Assembly (NCBI GenBank): GCA_044892505.1
Contig: CM097882.1
Coordinates: 562,030,001-562,094,000 of the forward strand
DNA from: Schmidtea nova
Lineage: Eukaryota
DNA: 64,000 bases
Reading direction: 5' to 3'
Below, in pieces: positions 61,314-64,000 of this stretch. Made by a program: the position numbers and the translations under genes. Position 1 is the stretch's first letter, and every line of letters begins with the position of its first letter. The notes under the pieces are model-generated. The model had not been told where the DNA came from, did not search any database, and saw only the letters and a list, made by a program, of their open reading frames with translations.

Positions 61314-61490
61314 TGTTTGTAAACTAATTTAGAGCTATTAGCTTGAGAGTTCAATCCCAAAATATTACTCTCATTACGTCTACAAAAATTTATTCCCGCG
61401 TGTATCAATATATTTTCAAGCGGCAAATGTGTTATACTTGGAATTAAAACTTTGGATTATAAAAAGTATGTGGAAAATATAATTAATTAA
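61314..61490 (+). pseudogene. Second single-repeat TBP-like fragment
   Basis: C..TNLELLA.EFNPKILLSLRLQKFIPACINIFSSGKCVILGIK; homologous to 49094-49303 and to the TBP motif CKLDL..IA...YNPKRF...IFSSGKMVCTGAK. Confidence 0.55.
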
Positions 61491-62087
61491 ATAAATAATT
61501 AGTCAAGAAATTAGGAATTATTACAATTAGTCCTTGATTGTAAAAATTTGAAAATGTCTAAAAGTAATAGTATTTTTATTTTATATATTAATTTATTCTT
61601 TAGTTTATTTGTTTGAATAAGTTCTCAAGAAGATCCAAAACTATACCCAAAGGTTAAAAATAATCTCGATTATTGCTCCCTTGAGTTGTTGGTACACAAA
61701 CGATACCATTACACTGGGATCAACATCGAGGAGTTCCTCGAAATGCATTATGACATGATATGGTGCTTGGGGTTGACATCAAGTATGTCGAAAATTGCGT
61801 TGTATGTATAGATTCAATGCGAGTTTCATGTACCAATGGATGCGCTTGTTGCCATGACATTTAACGATAACAACCAGTACATATTTTGGTTACCAAAATG
61901 CGAAAGCATACTATGATGACCTTTACAACACAAAGTAATTGTCATAGATTTTCTTGAATAAAGATTTATTTTTAAAATTCTTTGTAGTTTTTATAATTTC
62001 TTTATGAATTTTTATTGTTGGTCGTTAAATTGTGAGTATTTTGGTATATAAAGTATTGATTTCTGACCTGTTTCGGCTGATACTGTA

Positions 62088-62229
62088 GCTCAGATAGATA
62101 GCTTACTATCTATCTGAGCGTGTGTGCGCTCTTGTTATTTTGGTCGTGTCTGTGTGCGTGTCTTTTGTGATTTTTTATCTTTAGCGTCTGTGTGCGCGTT
62201 GTTATTATCCTATTCACGCCTGTGTGCGC
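62088..62229 (+). promoter_or_regulatory. 14 bp perfect hairpin plus four GCGTCTGTGTGCGC-type motifs
   Basis: gctcagatagatag-ctta-ctatctatctgagc (62088-62119); motif copies at 62118, 62146, 62184 and 62216. Confidence 0.45.
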
Positions 62230-63504
62230 AATATTATTCTAGAATTGATTTTAAATTCTGGGATTAATTGTTTTGATATCTTATTGTTTTATCGATTCAC
62301 ATTGGATTGGAATTCTTTGATTGTTATTCTAAATTTTGCTTAGAAATAAATATTTTCTCAAAATTAAAAATTAGTTTTTAATTTATTTTGAAATAACTGT
62401 TGAGGTTCCGAGAACCTCAACTTGATGTTTCTTATATAAATAAAAAACAAATCTGGTTCTTTTCAAAGACTTTATTTATTTATAACAATTACAAATTTGA
62501 TGAAAATAAACAATTACCTCAAGGATAATAATTTTTGGTTATTTTGTATGTATATGTATGTGTGTGTAAGTGCTTGCAGTTTCCTGAGCTCGGATGTAAA
62601 AATTTTGTATGCTCGATTTTAATTTACAAATCGTTTACCGAATTTGTAATTCTTCTTACTGTGTAAGATTTTAATGGTGGTTTGACTGAAAAATCAGTCA
62701 GTTTATATACTAAATTTTAAGGCACCTAATCTGTCAATAATGATTGTTATTTTGCCTCTTGAGTTGATTAAAATTATTTTGAAAATAGAGTTGTTTTCAA
62801 AATAATTTTTTAACCTTGGGATATTATTTCATGTTTCTGACCTTTGTAGGTCATAAATATAATTTATTTAAACAAACAGTAATTTATTTATTTTTAATTT
62901 ATTTAAACAATCTGTATTATTTATTTATTTTATTATTATTATTATAATTTATTGAATTAAAATATTGAAATATAAATGAAAACATAATCCATTTTCCAAA
63001 TAGCTAAAAAATAATTTTTACATAAAATATTTTCAAAACAAAATATTCTTTCAAAATTATATAAAACTTTGTCCATCACCATAAAAAATGTCAATAAATG
63101 TTTGCAAGATTACAAAAAGATAAATTGTTAAAAGATAAAATAAATTGTTATATACATCACAAACCTGAATGAATTTGTCACACAATAGGATTGTCAAGAG
63201 ATAAAGTAGATTGAATGAAGAAAAATATAACAAATTTGTCACATAATCAAATTGTCAAGAGAAAAAATAGATTATTGTCTGGGTCACATGGTTGAATGGA
63301 TTTGTCGCATAGTATGATTTTCGAATGATACAATAGACTGCTATCTGAATTCCATCTTTTCATCGGGGGGGTCTTGTTGGTTGATGTGTCTATATGTATG
63401 TTTAGCCTATATCTATTTGTCCCTATGCTATAGTCTTCATCTAACTCAAATGTATCAACTATTTTCCCTGTCTCTAACATAACCGTAGCTGATAAATTTC
63501 TTTC

Positions 63505-64000
63505 ATGACTGAAGCTAAATTTCTCTCCGGAAGAGACATTTCTCAAAAGGTTAAAAGTGATTTAGGAATAAAAATAGCTGAAATTAAAGAACGAAAGATT
63601 GATTTTATGTCTTTTTTATCAATCGTTCAAATTGGAAATCGGGGAAATTCAAATGTTTATATTAAACAGAAAGGGTTAAATTCAAGAATTACTCAACGTC
63701 AGTTTGAATATGTCATTGATAAGTTAAATTGATACAATCTAAAAAACAAGATCACAGTGCAGGTACTTTGGATATAACTTCGAGCATTGATCCTGTTGAT
63801 TTTACAAATAAAGTTATCGGCGATACGGATGTTGATGGATTGAGTGAAAATAATGTTGGCAAGTTATATCATGGATAAATCAACTCTTATATTATCCCAT
63901 GTGCTTCTAAAAGACGTCCAAAGGCTGATTTGCATCTATGGAATCATGGAACTGTAGGGATTTCATATTCTCGAACGGAATATATCGCGAACACTGACCA
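63505..64000 (+). pseudogene. MTHFD1: Intronless, internally deleted MTHFD1/FolD-domain pseudogene; continues beyond the window
   Basis: EAKFLSGRDIS, LSIVQIGNRGNSNVYIKQK, DVDGLSENNVGKL, IPCASK and DLHLWNHGTV match the dehydrogenase/cyclohydrolase domain; stops, a frameshift and two missing blocks. Confidence 0.8.

Noticed and set aside
63057-63546. Minus-strand ORFs with repeated CDK.IQ.CD..NNLF.LLTI
   Set aside because: Explained by a short degenerate tandem duplication; no protein family recognised.

Overview
AT-rich eukaryotic (animal-like) DNA with 40-56 nt spliceosomal introns; compatible with a triclad flatworm, but the organism cannot be determined from the sequence. Assembly gaps lie at about 9517-9655, 12261-12394 and 49878-50010. 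Host genes: a complete 8-exon PAF1 (+, 3185-5927) and MSH5 (-), whose first five exons (46894-46248) join exon 6 (2706) across an apparent 43.5 kb intron containing PAF1 and most of the window's transposons. The main result is a pair of related, decayed Ty3/Gypsy LTR retrotransposons lying head to head (D: minus, 15652-24467; E: plus, 27711-39161) with an unusual gene order. A chuvirus/Monjiviricetes-type class III (gB-like) fusion glycoprotein sits upstream of, and in frame with, PR-RT-RH-IN. In E it is preceded by a Bcl-2-like domain and followed by a second signal-peptide/TM glycoprotein and ISG20/REXO4-like pseudo-exonuclease ORFs. D carries an antisense PP4R1-like HEAT ORF. The window also holds a triple-nested Gypsy stack (49713-60868) including a solo-LTR-like insert with an ankyrin ORF, a decayed hAT transposase, several MITEs and hairpins, tandem satellites, two TBP-like fragments and an intronless MTHFD1 pseudogene. 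All protein identifications come from by-eye motif alignment to remembered family sequences; no database searches were run.
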